This document shows, one piece after another, positions 41,071 through 55,600 of a stretch of DNA of 64,000 nt. The stretch is from Gekko japonicus (Eukaryota). Below the pieces are notes generated by a model. The model was not told where the DNA came from and ran no database searches. It was given only the letters and a program-made list of their open reading frames with translations. The position numbers were made by a program, and so were the translations under genes. The stretch's first letter is position 1. Each line of letters opens with the position of its first letter. The DNA is taken from positions 139,827 to 203,826 of the forward strand of contig NW_015167122.1 of NCBI RefSeq assembly GCF_001447785.1, in the 5' to 3' direction.

Positions 41071-41540
41071 CAGGGGTCCCCAGTGCCCACTAACACCTTT
41101 CCTGGTGCCCGCCAAGTGTTTTCAGAAAGTGGGCATGGTTTGGTGGGGCTTTTACCCAGCAAGGCTTCTGATTGGCCACTGGATATCTAATTGGCTGTAC
41201 AGATTTTTTAAAAGTTGCTTTGGAAGCAGCTGCCATCACAACACAAAAATCTTACCTTCAATCATGCAGTGAAGCTGTGTGTATGGAAGAAAATATTTTT
41301 AAGCAATATGTTAATTTTAAAAGGCAATCTGTTACAGAACTTCTGCCTGAAATATTGAAGAGCTGCTATTAGAGTTATGCATCATCTCACTCCCTGACAT
41401 TTTGTGGTTGGCTCTATCTACTGCAACAGCCATTTTGTCATTGGCTCTGTCTCCTACAACAGCTATTTTGTGGGTGCATCCACCACCCTCTGTCGGAATA
41501 CTAATAATGCCTGCAAGTTCAAAAAGGTTGGGGACCCCTG
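41071..41540. mobile_element. hAT (Charlie-like) non-autonomous element
   Basis: TIRs CAGGGGTCCCCA / TGGGGACCCCTG; TSD ATTTAGAC/ATTTCAAC. Confidence 0.75.
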
Positions 41541-44186
41541 ATTTCAACTATGGGATGGCATAGATTAAAAAATTGATCTAAATGAAATGGAATTAAGAGA
41601 CTATTTGTTAATCATTAAAAATTTGTTAAGGGTTACTTATTTCTTTATGAGTAAAACTTTAAATAGTATAATGACAATTTTGAGCTTGTACTTTGATTAG
41701 GTAGCTGTTATGTGAAATTTCCTCTTTCCTTAGATAAGGTTTTTGTTTTTCCTTTCATTTCTAGTCACATTATGTACCAATACTCTGTGACCAGTCCCTT
41801 TTGATATCTTGTCTTTCATGGTAAATATTCCCATATCGACCTTTGAACGTCTTTGTGTTAGGGTTGTCTTTGTGTTCTATGGCTCTGTATGTGGATTCTG
41901 GCTCTGATACTGATTCTCCCCATATTTTGGTAACTATTGCCTAGTGTTGACCATTAACTTGGCATATGATTGCCAGCTCTGGGGTAGGAAATTCCTAGAG
42001 CTTGGGGAGTATGAGAACATTTTTGCGTCTTTTTAATGGACGCTTGATGGGCTGTTATTTACCAGGTAACATTATTAACCTCTATGCAATAAAAGCTATA
42101 GCTGCCTACTTCCATACATTATGATTTTATTAGAGAGACATTTTTGCCAAGCCTATTAGCAACCCTACCAGTCTCCTTTCTTTAAAATTGTATATTGTAC
42201 CTCTCACTTGACCTATTGTTTGACACCTAACTGAGGCCTTTGTGTCACTGCAGAAACAATTCTAAGCAGGTCTACTTGGAAGTAAGCCCCATTTTAGTCA
42301 ATGGGGCATACTCCCAAGAATCTTGTTCTTAAGATTACAACATGGGTAGGGGGGGGGGGGGTTCTGCCAGATATTCTAAGAACTGCTTTCCCCCCTCTAG
42401 GTCAATTCTATAATTCTTGTCCTACCCATATTGTAGCACACCTGCCATCTAGTGATGACCCAGTTTATCTTTTCACGCCTTTCAGCATGCTGGAGGCAAC
42501 ACCGCAAACAGAACAGAGAAGTTTTTTCTGTACTAAGATCCAAATCATATATGCATTTTAATTGCTTAAATTATCATTCGTGAATCTTCCCCCACGTCAA
42601 TTAATATGCATTACTACTGTTCATAAGATGTACTTTCTTTCCCCCCTTAAGCACCATCGCATTGCAACAATTCAGTGTCGGGGAAGACATTTTCCCTACC
42701 TACCTACCTACCCCAGATACTGCCTCAAATTGCCCTGCAACTAAACCGATATGCAATGTCACAGGTAAATTTCTAGCTTGCCTGGCTGCCTTTTCCTTCA
42801 ATATTCTACTCTCTCTATTTTTGCTCTCTGGGTAAGCTGACAAAATTGGGGAAAGCCTTGTCAATTTCTTTTCTAAGAATATGAGTAGTGCTGTGCACTG
42901 GTGCACATACATGTCCCCTCAAGGGGGAAGCATGGGGGGGGGGGAATACCCTCCTCAGAGAATAGCAGCAGAGAAAAAAAGCTGGTAAGTGGTAGAACTG
43001 AAAGGCTTTTCTTCAACCATCCTTCTTTACCCAAACAGTAGAGAAAGAGGCGGAAGGAATTTGTTTATGTGAAACTAAGATGCCCTCATTTTTGTACAGG
43101 AAAGAGAATGTAAATTTTAAAAAAGCCATTCTCAAATGCACAATTCTATGAAAAAATGACATACTAAAAATACGCTGTAGATAGACTGTGTCACAGATAA
43201 CACAAATGTAAGAATGTAATTTGAAATCCACTTTCCTCAACAGCTATCAATTGATTTAAAAACTTGATAATACAAGTGCATTGAAAATTTCATTTCTTTC
43301 AAACATGAACACCAATAGCTGGAGAGATTCAAAAGTACTTTAAGTGGCCTGAGTGTGCTAAGCAAGGGGGAAGCATTTCCGACTTATGGTGACCCTATGA
43401 ATAAATGACCTCCAAAATGTCCTGTCATTAAGAGCCTTGCTCAGGTCTTGCAAAGTGAGGGCTGTGGCTTCCTTGATTGAGTCAATCCATCTCATTTTAG
43501 GCCTTCCTCTTTTTTTTTGCTGCCCTCAACCTTTCCTAGCATTATTGTGTTTTCCAGTGACTCTTGTCTTCTCATATATGACCAAAGTACGATAGCCTTA
43601 GTCAGGGCTTTTTTTTTTCCAAAGAGGTGCCAGAACTCTCAAGAGGAAAATTAAGTTTTCAATTTGTATACTGAAAACTCTAGGGAGACTTCAAGCTTGA
43701 TTTGATCTAGAACCCACTTATTGGTGTGTGTGTGTGTGTGCACAATATCCATAAAACTTTCCTTCAACACATTTCACATGAATCAACTCCCTGTCCACTT
43801 TCTTCATTGTCCAATTTTCACACCCATACATAATAATGAGGAATTCATAATAATGAATTATCTTGATCTTGGTTACCAGCGACACACCCTTACACTTAAA
43901 GATCTTTTCTAGCTCCTTCACGGCTGCCCTTTCCAGTCTCAGTCTCCTTCTGATTTCTTGGTTACAATCTCCATTATCAATGCAATGAACATAAAATTAA
44001 GCAAACTCCGGAGGACAGCGGAAGACAGGAGGGCCTGGCATGATGTGGTCCATGGGGTCACGAAGAATCGGGACTCAACTGTGCGACTAAACAACAACAA
44101 CAAACAACAAAAGGAGCCAAGGAATAGAAAATCGTCTACAATTTCAGTTTTTTCATTGTCAGCCTTAAAGTTTTGTAGTTCCCCAG

Positions 44187-46017
44187 TGTAATGATTCCAT
44201 GTTTTGGGGTGTGTGTGTTCCTTTAAATGTTTAGTTTGACTGCAGTAATATGAGAAGAGTNNNNNNNNNNNNNNNNNNNNNNNNNNNNNNNNNNNNNNNN
44301 NNNNNNNNNNNNNNNNNNNNNNNNNNNNNNNCTGCCAGCCAGGAGCATGTGGAATTACAGGCTCCTGAGGACAGTACTGCAGCAGAGACTTATAGGCAAA
44401 GACTGGCTCCTGTAGCAGAAAGCTCCCTAAGTGGCGAGGATAGAGCCTCCCAGGAAACACCTGCACAGGATCAGTCTCTGCTGCATTACAGTGATTCATC
44501 ATCAGACTCACCGCCACCTGTAACCAGGCTCCGGAATCTACGGAGACAGCAGCTGAGAGAACGACGACAGAATGCACGCATGCGTGCCAGACGATCTCTT
44601 AGCCCTGAGTATTGACTGAACCATGACCTCCCTCCCTGCCAGCTAATGAGTTAATTAGCCAGCACTGTATATCTTCAAGCCTGTTGCTGGCAGGCCTTTG
44701 TGCTGGCAAACGTCATTTATCAGGACCTGACTCCGTGTATCTCTGCTCCAGAACTCTTGTCGTCTTGATCCTCGGCTTTTGACCCTCGGTTTCATTGACC
44801 CTGCTCTCGTCTCTGACTCCTCTGGCATCGTTTGGATTTATGGACATTGAACTCTGGTATGTCTGACCCTGGCTCTGGATTCTGATTTAAACCTGTTTGA
44901 ACTTTGCTGCTTGTCTTACTCGGCTTGACTTCAGACTGCTCTTGGACTTCGCTTGCTTGCATATCACGCACCCAGGCACTGCCGTGACAGGGTGTCTGAG
45001 AGGATTCTCTGTGTGTGTCTATATGTGGAGATTTTGTGGTATGAGAGAGACAAGTATGGAAGAGTTCTGAAGAGAGTCTGTGTAACTCAGAGTTATGAAG
45101 GATTCTGTGTGTGAAGTTTGAAGAGTGAGCATAGTCTGACTATGGGATTTTGAGTCTATTTCTGTGTGAATAAGACCAACAGTTTAGTCTGTGTGACTAA
45201 GAGAGTTTATTCTATTTTGTGTGAATAAAACAAAGAGTCTAGCCTGTGTGGCTATATGTGTATATANNNNNNNNNNNNNNNNNNNNNNNNNNNNNNNNNN
45301 NNNNNNNNNNNNNNNNNNNNNNNNNNNNNNNNNNNNNNNNNNNNNNNNNNNNNNNNNNNNNNNNNNNNNNNNNNNNNNNNNNNNNNNNNNNNNNNNNNNN
45401 NNNNNNNNNNNNNNNNNNNNNNNNNNNNNNNNNNNNNNNNNNNNNNNNNNNNNNNNNNNNNNNNNNNNNNNNNNNNNNNNNNNNNNNNNNNNNNNNNNNN
45501 NNNNNNNNNNNNNNNNNNNNNNNNNNNNNNNNNNNNNNNNNNNNNNNNNNNNNNNNNNNNNNNNNNNNNNNNNNNNNNNNNNNNNNNNNNNNNNNNNNNN
45601 NNNNNNNNNNNNNNNNNNNNNNNNNNNNNNNNNNNNNNNNTATATATATATATATATCTGAGAGATTATACTGAGTGTATAAGCCTGTCAGAGTGGAGCT
45701 TGGAGTTTGAGAGACTGTTTGTAGCACCAAGCTTTACCAGTTATATTTACAAGTTCCTTTCTTCAGCAACTGTTCAAAATAACCAGAAACCTATTCTTTA
45801 TTAATCAATTTTTTGTTTAAAGTTATCCCAGAAATCAGTACAGTACAGTACTTCCTCAGGCCACATAGTCCTCTAAGTGCCCAGACCCTAGGTCATTCTA
45901 CCAAAAGAGAGAGTTCTGGAATTTTTAATTCCTAGTGGCAGCAGAATATTACCAAGTTTATATACCCAGAGAATGTTTAAAGGTAAAACCGTTTCCCCAA
46001 ATAGCAAGAACCTCACA
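44187..46017. mobile_element. LTR-type insertion (probable solo LTR) containing a nested second LTR and two assembly gaps
   Basis: TG...CA termini and 5-bp TSD CCCAG (44182-44186 / 46018-46022). The host RTE sequence resumes after it. Confidence 0.7.
44332..44989. mobile_element. Nested Gypsy-like LTR; its 5' end is hidden in the gap
   Basis: GC-richer block ending in CCGTGACA, with GACC/GACT-rich U5-like sequence and an abrupt change of composition after 44989. Confidence 0.5.
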
Positions 46018-46239
46018 CCCAGTAATTATTTTTATAGTCTTGATGTTCAGCTGTAATCCTGCTCTGACACTTTTTGCTTTAACCTACATGAGTAGTCATT
46101 TCAAGTCTTCACTATTTTCTGCCAGTAATGTGGTGTCATCTGCATATCTCAAATTGTTAATGTTGAGTCACCATTACACGAAAGTGTGTTTTTAAGCAAT
46201 CCTGGACCAGACTGGCAGGTTTAATTGATACATAATATT

Positions 46240-48250
46240 TTTTTAAAGTATTTTATTTTAATTTTAATTTTTTACATCGTATGCAAAATAGACATGTTAA
46301 TTTTACAATATTTTTGGAGCATCTAATCCATATATTTCTAACCACCTGTCTAGTTTCTGCCATCTTTTCTTAAACACACTGTCAAATTTTCCCGCCAGTA
46401 ACGTATTTATTTTGTCCATTTCTTTTATGTCCATGATTTTTATAATTAATTCTTCTCTATCTGGTAATTTATCAGATTTCCAACATTTTGCTATAGCTAT
46501 TCTAGCGCTTGTAAGAATATAGAGTATCAAACGTGCGTCGTTATGGTTTATACTATCAGGCAACATGTTTAGTAAGTATACTTCTGGGTTCAGTGGTAAT
46601 TCTATTTCTGCTATTTCTAGAATGAGTTGTTTTATTTTTCCCCAAAATTTTGCTACTTTTTCGCATCTCCACCAGATGTGATAGTAGGAACCAACATTTC
46701 TTTCACATCTCCAACAGTTCCCTGACACGTTCTTGTAGCATTTTAATGTTTTGTCCGGCGTCCAATGCCACCTGTGGAACATTTTGAAGATATTTTCTTT
46801 GTATGATGTGGCTCTTAGTAGTTTTGTTGAGTTCCACATTTTTGCCCACTTCTCTGGACCTATATTATTTCCTATATCATTTGCCCATATCTTCATGCAT
46901 GGTTTTATTTTTTCTATTTGCATATCGTCATCTAGTAAATAATTGTATATTTTTTGTATCATTTTGTCTGCTGAGGACAACCAAATTTTATCTAGATTTG
47001 TGTTTGTTTTTGCAAAACCTCTTGTTTCATCTTTGGCAAATCTCGATTTTAATTGGATTTTCTCCCAACTTGAAAGGTTAATATTCAATGCTTGCAAGGA
47101 TCCAAAATCTTTCAATTCATTTTCCTTTGTGAGTAATGTTTCATAACTGACAGTTTTTTCTTCCGTCATTAGATTTGGCATTATAAAGGCTTCCAACGGA
47201 CATACCCATCTTGGTATTTTATCATAAATTTTTTATTTTACCATTCTCCATATTCTTATCAATGAGTCTCTCAGAATGTGTTTATGAAAGTGTTTTTGCC
47301 TTTTCTCATCATCGTACCACACATAGGCATGCCAGCCCATGTGTAGATCGTAGCCCTCCAGTTTTAGAGTTCTTTTGTCCTCTAAAAGTATCCAGTCCCA
47401 AATCCATCCCATTGCTGCTGCCCTATAATATAATTTCCAGTTTGGTATTCCCAGGCCTCCTCTTTCTTTTTTGTCGTGTAGCAATTTTAACCTAATGCGA
47501 GCTCTCTTTGCTTGCCATATGAATCTCCTTGTAATTTTTTCTATCTCTTCACATATTTTAAAGTTTTTAATATCGGGATTGTTTGCGCTAGGAACAAGAA
47601 TCTTGGTAGGATGTTCATTTTATAGTGGCAGTTCTACCCATCATTGAGATGTGAAGGTCCTGCCATCTCTTCAAGTCTTTCTTAATTTCTTCTATTAAAG
47701 GTTTAGTTATTTTCGTATAGTTGGGAGTTGTTATTTGTCAGATTAATGCCTAGATATTTCACTTTGTTTGTTACCTCCATCTTGGTATCTATTTGAAGTT
47801 TGTTTATTTCTTCCTTAGAGCAATTTTTAAAAATAATTTTGGTTTTCTTCAGATTTATTTTTAGACCCGCTAAACTACCATATTTGTGAATTTGGTTCAT
47901 TAGATGTGTTATTGATGATATAGGCTCTTCCACGATGAATACCAGGTCATCGGCAAAAGCTTGGAGTTTATATTGTTCCTCTTTTATTTTAAGTCCTCTA
48001 ATACTTGTATTTTCTCTAATCATGTTGTTTAGGGATTCTAACCCAAAGATGAAGAGTAGGGGTGAGAGGGACAGTCCTGTCTGGTTCCTTTCTGTATTGA
48101 AATATTTTGCGATAGTTCACCGTTTATGATTATTTTCGCCCACTGTTCTTTATATATAGCCGACAACCTGTTTGCAAAATTTTCTCCACATTCCCATGTT
48201 TCTAATTTATGCTTCAAAAAGGACCAGTTTACCCAAACGCTTTCTCCGCA
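46240..48250 (-). mobile_element. L1-clade LINE, ORF2 3' half (RT and C-terminal zinc knuckle), frameshifted
   Basis: YKLQAFADDL, VKYLGINL, ERGGLGIPN..YY.A and CWRC..GSYYHIWWRC motifs, with an A-rich tail. Confidence 0.9.
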
Positions 48251-48929
48251 TCTAAGAATACTAAGCCAACTTCAGAGGACAGCGGAAGACAGGAGGGCCT
48301 GGCGGGAGCTGGTCCATGGGGTCGCGAAGAGTCGGACTCGACTGTGCGACTGAACAACAACAACTCGTAATAATTGTTCTAAGGTTGTTTTTTAATTGCC
48401 TTTTGGGAAGATAATATTTCACAATTTTTCCTTCACTCTTCAATCCTGTAAAACTCACTAGACTGGGCAGACAAATTTAATTTACTTAAGGCTACCTAGC
48501 CTGCTTGCAGTCCCAGGAATATTTATTTATAAGCAAACCACACTGATTTTTATATTATCTACTTTAGAACCGCACTGATTTTTATATTATCTACTTTAGA
48601 ATACATATGATTAGGATTGGACGCCTAATACAATCCACCTGCTACTTAACACATGTCCACGTTATGCAGTTGTACTTGTCCACATCCATTGATTGTAATC
48701 ATTGGGTGCGAAAATGAAACCTGGGATAAAAACAGATACAGCAATTTAATTAACTCCTGTACGTTAAACCAATAGAGAATTCAGAGCAGCCGCTCGAACA
48801 CAACAAGCTTTAGTCTTTCGATCTCCTCAATATCCTATCCTATCTAGTCTCCTTCCGCTCAGTTTTGCCTCACTCCTGCAGGTGGTTAGAAAATAAGATC
48901 CCAAATCCTTGCGCCATTCCCTCCTTCCC

Positions 48930-49850
48930 ATAATACTTCGCGGCTGCGTACCTCGGCAGACGCGGGATTTGGGTATCTCGGGAATTTTAGATCCCTGCCT
49001 TCATTCCCATGCAGCTGTCATGCTGAAATTTTTGTTGCCCCTTTTTTTTCTCCGCGTGTAAATTACGGGTTTTTTTCACGGCGGGGGGAAAACACTTCAC
49101 CCACGGGCGGAATACACGGGGAGGGGTGTTGAAAAGTCGTCCTAGAAAGTAGTCCCGGCACCGAGCAAGCACTTTTGCTGTCACTGCAGAGGCAGTTACT
49201 CGCTGGCTGGGCCGGTAAGTGTGTGGAGGGAAGAAGGAAGCGCGCGCTCGGCCGAGGGTGGGGTTAGAGCGTAGGGAGGGGGGGGGGAGTCTGGTTGAGC
49301 GAGCGGCAGCGGTTGGCTGCGCGCGACTGTTGCCTTCTCGCTTGGAGGAGGCGGGAGGCAAGGAAGGGGCGAGGCGGCTCCTCATTTCCTTCTTCGCCGC
49401 CATTTTGTAGCGCAACGAACCAGCAAATAAAGAGCGGGCGAGAAGCGAGCGTGGCAGCGACGGCGGTCTCTAGGCCGGGCATTACTGGCCCAGTTTTATT
49501 GATGCGACAGAAACCCCCCCCGGCTGGGAGACGCTGAGTGCGCAGGGGAGACGAAGCCTCGGCGCCGCCTCGGGCGGGAGGTGAGTAGTGGCCTCTTCAC
49601 GCGCGGGCCGTGGGACTTCCGCCCCCAGGGAGGCCCGCCGATACTGAACTGCAAGGGATTAGAGATGGACGCATAGGCCGCCGCCGGTTTACTAAGCATC
49701 GGAGGTCGGCTCTGGGTTGCACTGTGGCGATGCTTGTGTTCCTGTTGTGGCCAAGTCCTAACACCTTCATGCCCCGCCCGCGCGCATCCTTCTTGCGGTC
49801 GCACCTTCCCATGTTGTCCAGCTCTTTGGAAGGTCTATTTCACACGGGTG
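48930..49850 (+). promoter_or_regulatory. WTAP: WTAP CpG-island promoter with non-coding first exon(s); candidate donors at 49215 (CCG|GTAAGT) and 49581 (GAG|GTGAGT)
   Basis: Strong CpG island about 3 kb upstream of the ATG exon (acceptor at 52674/52675). YY1 motif CGCCATTTTG at ~49398. Confidence 0.75.
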
Positions 49851-52682
49851 TAGTAAGTTGGGTGGGTGGGGGGGGGGAGTCTTTANNNNNNNNNNNNNNN
49901 NNNNNNNNNNNNNNNNNNNNNNNNNNNNNNNNNNNNNNNNNNNNNNNNNGGGGGGGGACTCTTTAGGAGAGTGCAGAGTGAAACAGGGCCTTGCTGTATC
50001 TTCTTTTGGGGAAAGAAACATTCCCCGAACACCGCAATACCGGTTTTGTTTCTGCTGTTAGTAGGCCTCTCAGCCCCAAATCCTGTAAAGGATCATGTTG
50101 TGTTGCTATGATATGCGAATGATTGAGTTCAGTACAGGAAGCCATTTCATGCGTTTAGGGTGTTTGAAGCCGTAGGCTACAATCTGATCCATACGGAGAA
50201 AGAACACAGTAGGATTTGGTTAGATGAACGGGCTTAGGACCGAGCTGCACGTAGGATAGATGGATAGTTGGCAAGTAATTTTGTTGACTGCCAAAAAATG
50301 CTATGGTGTATTTATTTAGATACTTACATTCCGTATTTGTCTCAAGCAGCTTATATCTCTGTAGTCCCTGCGGTCGTTACTGTGTTCTTCCAACTTGCTG
50401 TTAAAGATAGGCTAGGTTGTCATTTTTTTCATCATTATGTCTTTTGTTAAAGACAAGCTAAATTATTATCAACTCTAAATCTTTAAATGTAAGGCCCATT
50501 ATATTTCTTCTTTCCATATTTTGTAAATTGCAACATTACATAAACTATTTTATTCAGTCAAGCTGTTTCACGTGTGGCCTTACATTACATTATAACAAGC
50601 GTGTGGAATATAAAGGGCATAGGTTAAGCATATAACTATTTCCATTTACACTACTCTCCTGGTTTAATATAATGTTCAGGCACAGTTTGAGTTACACAAG
50701 TGAAAAGACATTCTTTGTGTGTGCAGTTTAATATATGCTATAGCTTTCCATACAGTGAAATGTTCATCCATGGGGCTAAAACAATGATGTATTGCCACAG
50801 ATAAGTTAATGCATGTAGGTACTCCATGCACACCGTATCACATCGGAGTCAGTTCATTCACACATATGGTAAGCATGCTGCCAATTAATGACTTAAACAG
50901 GTCTCACAGTTACCCTGTCATGTATAATGCATTGTTTGTGGAGCGCTTAGGTGCTCAAATGCTTTACTCATGGGCACCAGAACATCCGTTTCACGTTTTT
51001 TGGAGGTGAATGGTCTGTTTACATAAAGATTTGGGAAGGGACATCCTCTTTGAGTACTGAAAATCAGTCTGGTCTCATGACAGCACAGTCATATCTACTT
51101 CATCACGCAGCCAGTTCCAGTTTGCATTGAAACTTGGAAAGACCAACATATATTACTTCAAAGGGCTTGATAGTAAATACTGTGTCTGCCTCACTTAAGA
51201 ACATAAGAGAAGCTGTATTGGATCAGGCCAATGGCCATCTTGTCCAACACTGTATCACATAGTGGCCAAAACCCACCTAAGTTATATTGAAATGCCTGGC
51301 CATACATGAAGCCATTTAACCACATAAAATAATGTATTTAAACTTTACAGTTTGCACAGTATGCTAAAAATTATATATTGCACTTGAGCTAGTGCTTTAA
51401 ACTATCTTGATACATCTAATTTTATCTTGGCAACATAACCTACTAAAAATTTTTGAATGCAATTTCACTTCTCTTAGATAGTTTAGCATTTATGAAGTTG
51501 TTCATATTATGGATGTAGAGACTATTGTTTTTGCACATCAAGTTCTGAAGATACAAGGCTTTCAGCATTCATATACTGAAAGCAACCTGGAACAGACACT
51601 GAAGTACTGATCACTTGCAAGAGGGAGAAACTGGTTGTGTAAAGCAACTACCAGAATAAGCAAAATTGTTTAGTTATCCTTTATAACTCACCTTGAAGCC
51701 AAATTATAGTTTGATGGATCTTGAAAGATTTTGGTTCTTAAAGTCCTCTTTAGGTGCTGCTACGCTGGAATCAGTCTATAGTGGTACTTGCAAAATCAAA
51801 TTTGATTCTTGTTTTTTCAGCATACAACTTAATGAATTCTTTTGATAGTACCTGGTCTTCAATCATTTAAGTAAAACTGCATCCTGCTTAGTGAGCAGAT
51901 CTAAAGTATACTTAATATACTGTGGTCAAAGAGATTTTGAATAGAGTTGTTAGATAATCACACTTCTGTCAACTTATTGACACAAATCAGAGGGAAGTTC
52001 AGATAAGTTAATGTTTTAAGTTTGGTAAATACTGGTGATCTCCGTGCAGTAATGATGATACCAATTTCAGTTAACTGCTGAATCAAGCAGGAAAAGTGAA
52101 ATGAAGCATAAATTTGCCTCAGTTGGTTACAGCTTTTCTATGGATGAAGTAATGATTGGTTTATCCTGAAAAAGAAAGCTTCAACTAGTAAAGATGTAGA
52201 TTAAGCACCCACATGAGCAAAATATTAAAAAGTCTGACCTAATAGCGATACCCATGTTCCCAGTAAAGGCTCTAAGCTATATAGGAACAAAATAACATGG
52301 GTATGGCTGAGGTCTGTCATCCTGAGAAAAGTGTGAAAGTTCAGTTGTTGACAAAATCCAGGGTTTCACTGGGGCTACAGTGTAAAAAATAAAAAGCCAT
52401 GATTTAAGTGGGGTTTGAGTGCTTTTGTAGTAGTTTTTACATGTCTGGTTTTCTGAACCCTTGAGTCTCAGTTACAAATGTGGGCAATAAGTGAAGTTTA
52501 ATAACCTGATTTTATGCATATTTAGTAAGAAAGAACTTGTATTGAACTCTTTGGAAGTTATTTCAACTTTTTATAAATAAGATCTCAGCCTTAACATTTT
52601 ATGGTGTTACAAAGATGCTGACTATACAACTAAGAGGGCCAAATTACCCTAGTGTTTGTTGCTTCTTCCCCCAGAATTCACA

Positions 52683-55600
52683 ATGACTAATGAAGAGCCG
52701 CTTCCAAAAAAGGTAAGCTTGAAAATCTTTACCCCTTGTATTTTTCCAGTAACAAATAAAGAGAAGGCTAAATCTTGATTACTTTGTTTTATAGGTTCGC
52801 TTCAGTGAAACAGACTTCAAGGTTCTGCCTAGGGAGGAATTGATCTTAAGGTAAAATAATCATGTTCTTCAAATGTGCAGTTAATGTTTTTCTGTCCATT
52901 TTGAATAATTTCTGTCCTCATGGTAACATCTTAACACTATGAATAAAGCTGTTTTTAAAGAAATAAACAGTCTAAATAACTTAAGAACATATGAGAAGCC
53001 ATGCTGGGTCAGGCCAGCAGCCCATCCAGTCCAACACGCTGTGTCACACAGTGGCCAAAACCCAGATTTCTAAACTTGGGACAATAGTTAGGCAAAAGGA
53101 TCTTTGCTGTTTACATTGAGGTAGGGAGTAAAGCCTTACTTATTTGGAATGGAGCAAATAATGTGAAATGCTTAGACTAAGGAAGTTTAGAATTTAAAGT
53201 GTCAATTTTTGCCATTTGTCTATGCTGTAAGACTTGAGAGAAAATGTCAGGAAAAAAGAATGTAAGCACCTCTCCCATTGCAAGTGCCTCTTTGTTTTTA
53301 ATAGGAACCGACAATACATTTTCATGCTTTGCTTCATTTCTGATATTAGAAATTTGCTTAATGTTGTATATAAAGCTGTCTAGGATGTAGTATGTAATGT
53401 TAAGCTTATTGGAATGACATCAAGGGTAGTGATTTAGATTTGACCTAAGGAAGCTACTAAGTTTATTTGTTCATCTTAAACTACTTCGTTTCTCATCCTA
53501 AATTACTTTGTACAGTGGGATAACCCTGTGAATTCTGCTCTAAGCTTCTTGGTAGACAGACTAGATAAACTAAATTGAATAAATGATTATAGTATTTAAT
53601 ATTAATCTCAGTGCACAACAAATACTGCTTTGCGCAAGGGAGGAAGACTGTATGGTAACAGAACAAAAAACGAAGTAAAAACCAAGCACTGTAATAGAGA
53701 AAGACCATTAGTTAACTTATTTAGCATGCTTTAATTCTTTTCATTGGTAGAACAGAAAATGAAGTATTGGGCATGTTAACTTCACATATGTGGGGCTATG
53801 AAAGAATGTTTCAGTTTTTGTGAAGATAATGTTTTTAGACAGGACGACTATAGATAGGAATTGGAAAGCACAATGATTTATTGGAAGCAATTCTATTAAA
53901 GCTGGTAGAGAATGTGTATGTATTTCAGAAATTTCATGTATATTGTAGATTTGCCTTAATCTTTTTAAACCTGAAAAATATTTTTAATCCCTCAGGTGGA
54001 AACAATATGAAGCATATGTACAAGCTCTGGAGGGCAAATACACAGACCTTAACTGTAAGTTGGGACAGAATTAATTGTGATAGGACATTTGAGGCATATC
54101 TTGAGAAACAGAAGTAACTATAAAGCAGTTTCTGGAAATCAGCAGTTGGGCTGTACATAAGTATGTTCCAGAAATTATTTCTAAACAGTCTGTTAATTAC
54201 ACTTAAACAAAGTTTAACAGTGGTGGCAAGATATCAAAAAGTTAACAAATATCTACAAATATGTCTATGCGCAGTTGCCATCTATATGCCCTGTATTCAA
54301 ATGTTGATGTTGTTTGATTACTGGAGGTGGGCATTTATCTATCCAGTGTTGTAATATCTTTTAGCAACTGTAAATGCATGGAGGGCCCATTTTTGTTGAC
54401 CACCAGTTAGTGTTTAGGAGACAGGCAACAAATTTAAATGTACATAAGCCTTCTCAAAGATGGTGAATATTCTAATGCAAAATTGACATGAATACTTAAC
54501 TTAAGGCCCTTAATGACCACGGACCTACATATCTTTGGGACTGCTTCTCCCGGAATACCCTCAGGAGAGCCTTGCTGGTGGTCCCCAGCCCGAGAGACAT
54601 CTGGCTGCTCTCAGCCAGGGCCTTTTCTGCCCCGGCCACAACCCGGTGGAACTCTGCCAAGTTCCATCTGGGCCCTGCGGACTTATTATTGTTCCGCTGG
54701 GCTTGTAAGGCAGAGATGTTCCACCAGGCATTTAGCTGAGGGCAGCAATAGTTCCATCTTGGCACTTCCGCTTTTTTCACACACACCCATGAGATAGTGA
54801 CACCATCAGGACTCAGACATCTCGCTTTATCTAGAATCTAATGTTCTATTGTTTGTTGTTTGGTTTTAATTGTTCCTTTGCTGGTTTTATATCACTGTAA
54901 ACTGCCCTGAGCCCAGTTTCCAGGAAGGGCAGTCAAAAGTCCAATAATAATAATAATAATTCTGGTGAAATGGCACAATGGAGCCATAGCAGTGTGTGTG
55001 TGTGTAAATACAGGAATAGAACAGCGCCATTCAACAATAACTGACCAGCAAGTGAGATGCTAGTACTTGGCCAAGAGCACAATGACAAAGCCCTGAGGGA
55101 CAATAGCATTCAACATCTTTAAGCAATCCATATGGAATCCCTATCTCATAAGATCATCTTGGAAAGATCTAGGTACCACTGTGGGTTGCCATATTATTAT
55201 TATCATCAGCAACAGCAACAACAACAACACCTTCCTCCCCAAAAGAACAAATAACTGGAAAGGTGTAAAGCATATGTTTAAGAATACGTATCTTGTAAGT
55301 TATAGCACCAGCAATTAGACAACTTACTTCTTTTTTACAAGGGCACTGTAGTGTCCAGTATATCCTAAAGAATGGCATTTAAGAATCATAGTCCTTGAAG
55401 GGACCAGAATGTTTATCTTCCCTGGGAAGCAGGAAGGCATGTTGATGACATTGCCAGGTCAGTTCTCCAGCATACAAAAGCTATCTGTCACTGCCCTGTG
55501 TAATTCAGATTAGAGAACTGTAAACAATAAGAATATAAAAGTCTTCTGGATCTGACCATAGTCCATCTAGTCTAGCATCCTGTCTCAAACAGTGGACAGC

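Larger units (their letters stand above)
43370..46165 (-). mobile_element. Older RTE-clade LINE, fragmented by later insertions
   Basis: Peptides MKELEKIFKCKGVSLVTKIKII..MYGCENWTMKK and EIVDDFLFLGS, plus the reverse complement of NINNLRYADDTTL at ~46130-46165. Confidence 0.75.
44261..49949. other. Assembly gaps at 44261-44331, 45267-45640 and 49886-49949
   Basis: Runs of N. The second is flanked by (TA)n and the third by G-runs. Confidence 0.99.

Noticed and set aside
44250-45804. Long ORFs with poly-X (also 49610-50111)
   Set aside because: They are artefacts of N gaps; the flanking coding-like text lies inside LTR sequence.
37200-49000. SOD2 exons expected next to the WTAP 5' end
   Set aside because: No MnSOD motifs (HHSKHH, DVWEHAYY) were seen; the interval is almost all repeats.
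48987-49812. Several overlapping Arg/Pro/Ala-rich ORFs
   Set aside because: Expected from stop-codon scarcity in a GC-rich CpG island; no recognisable protein.
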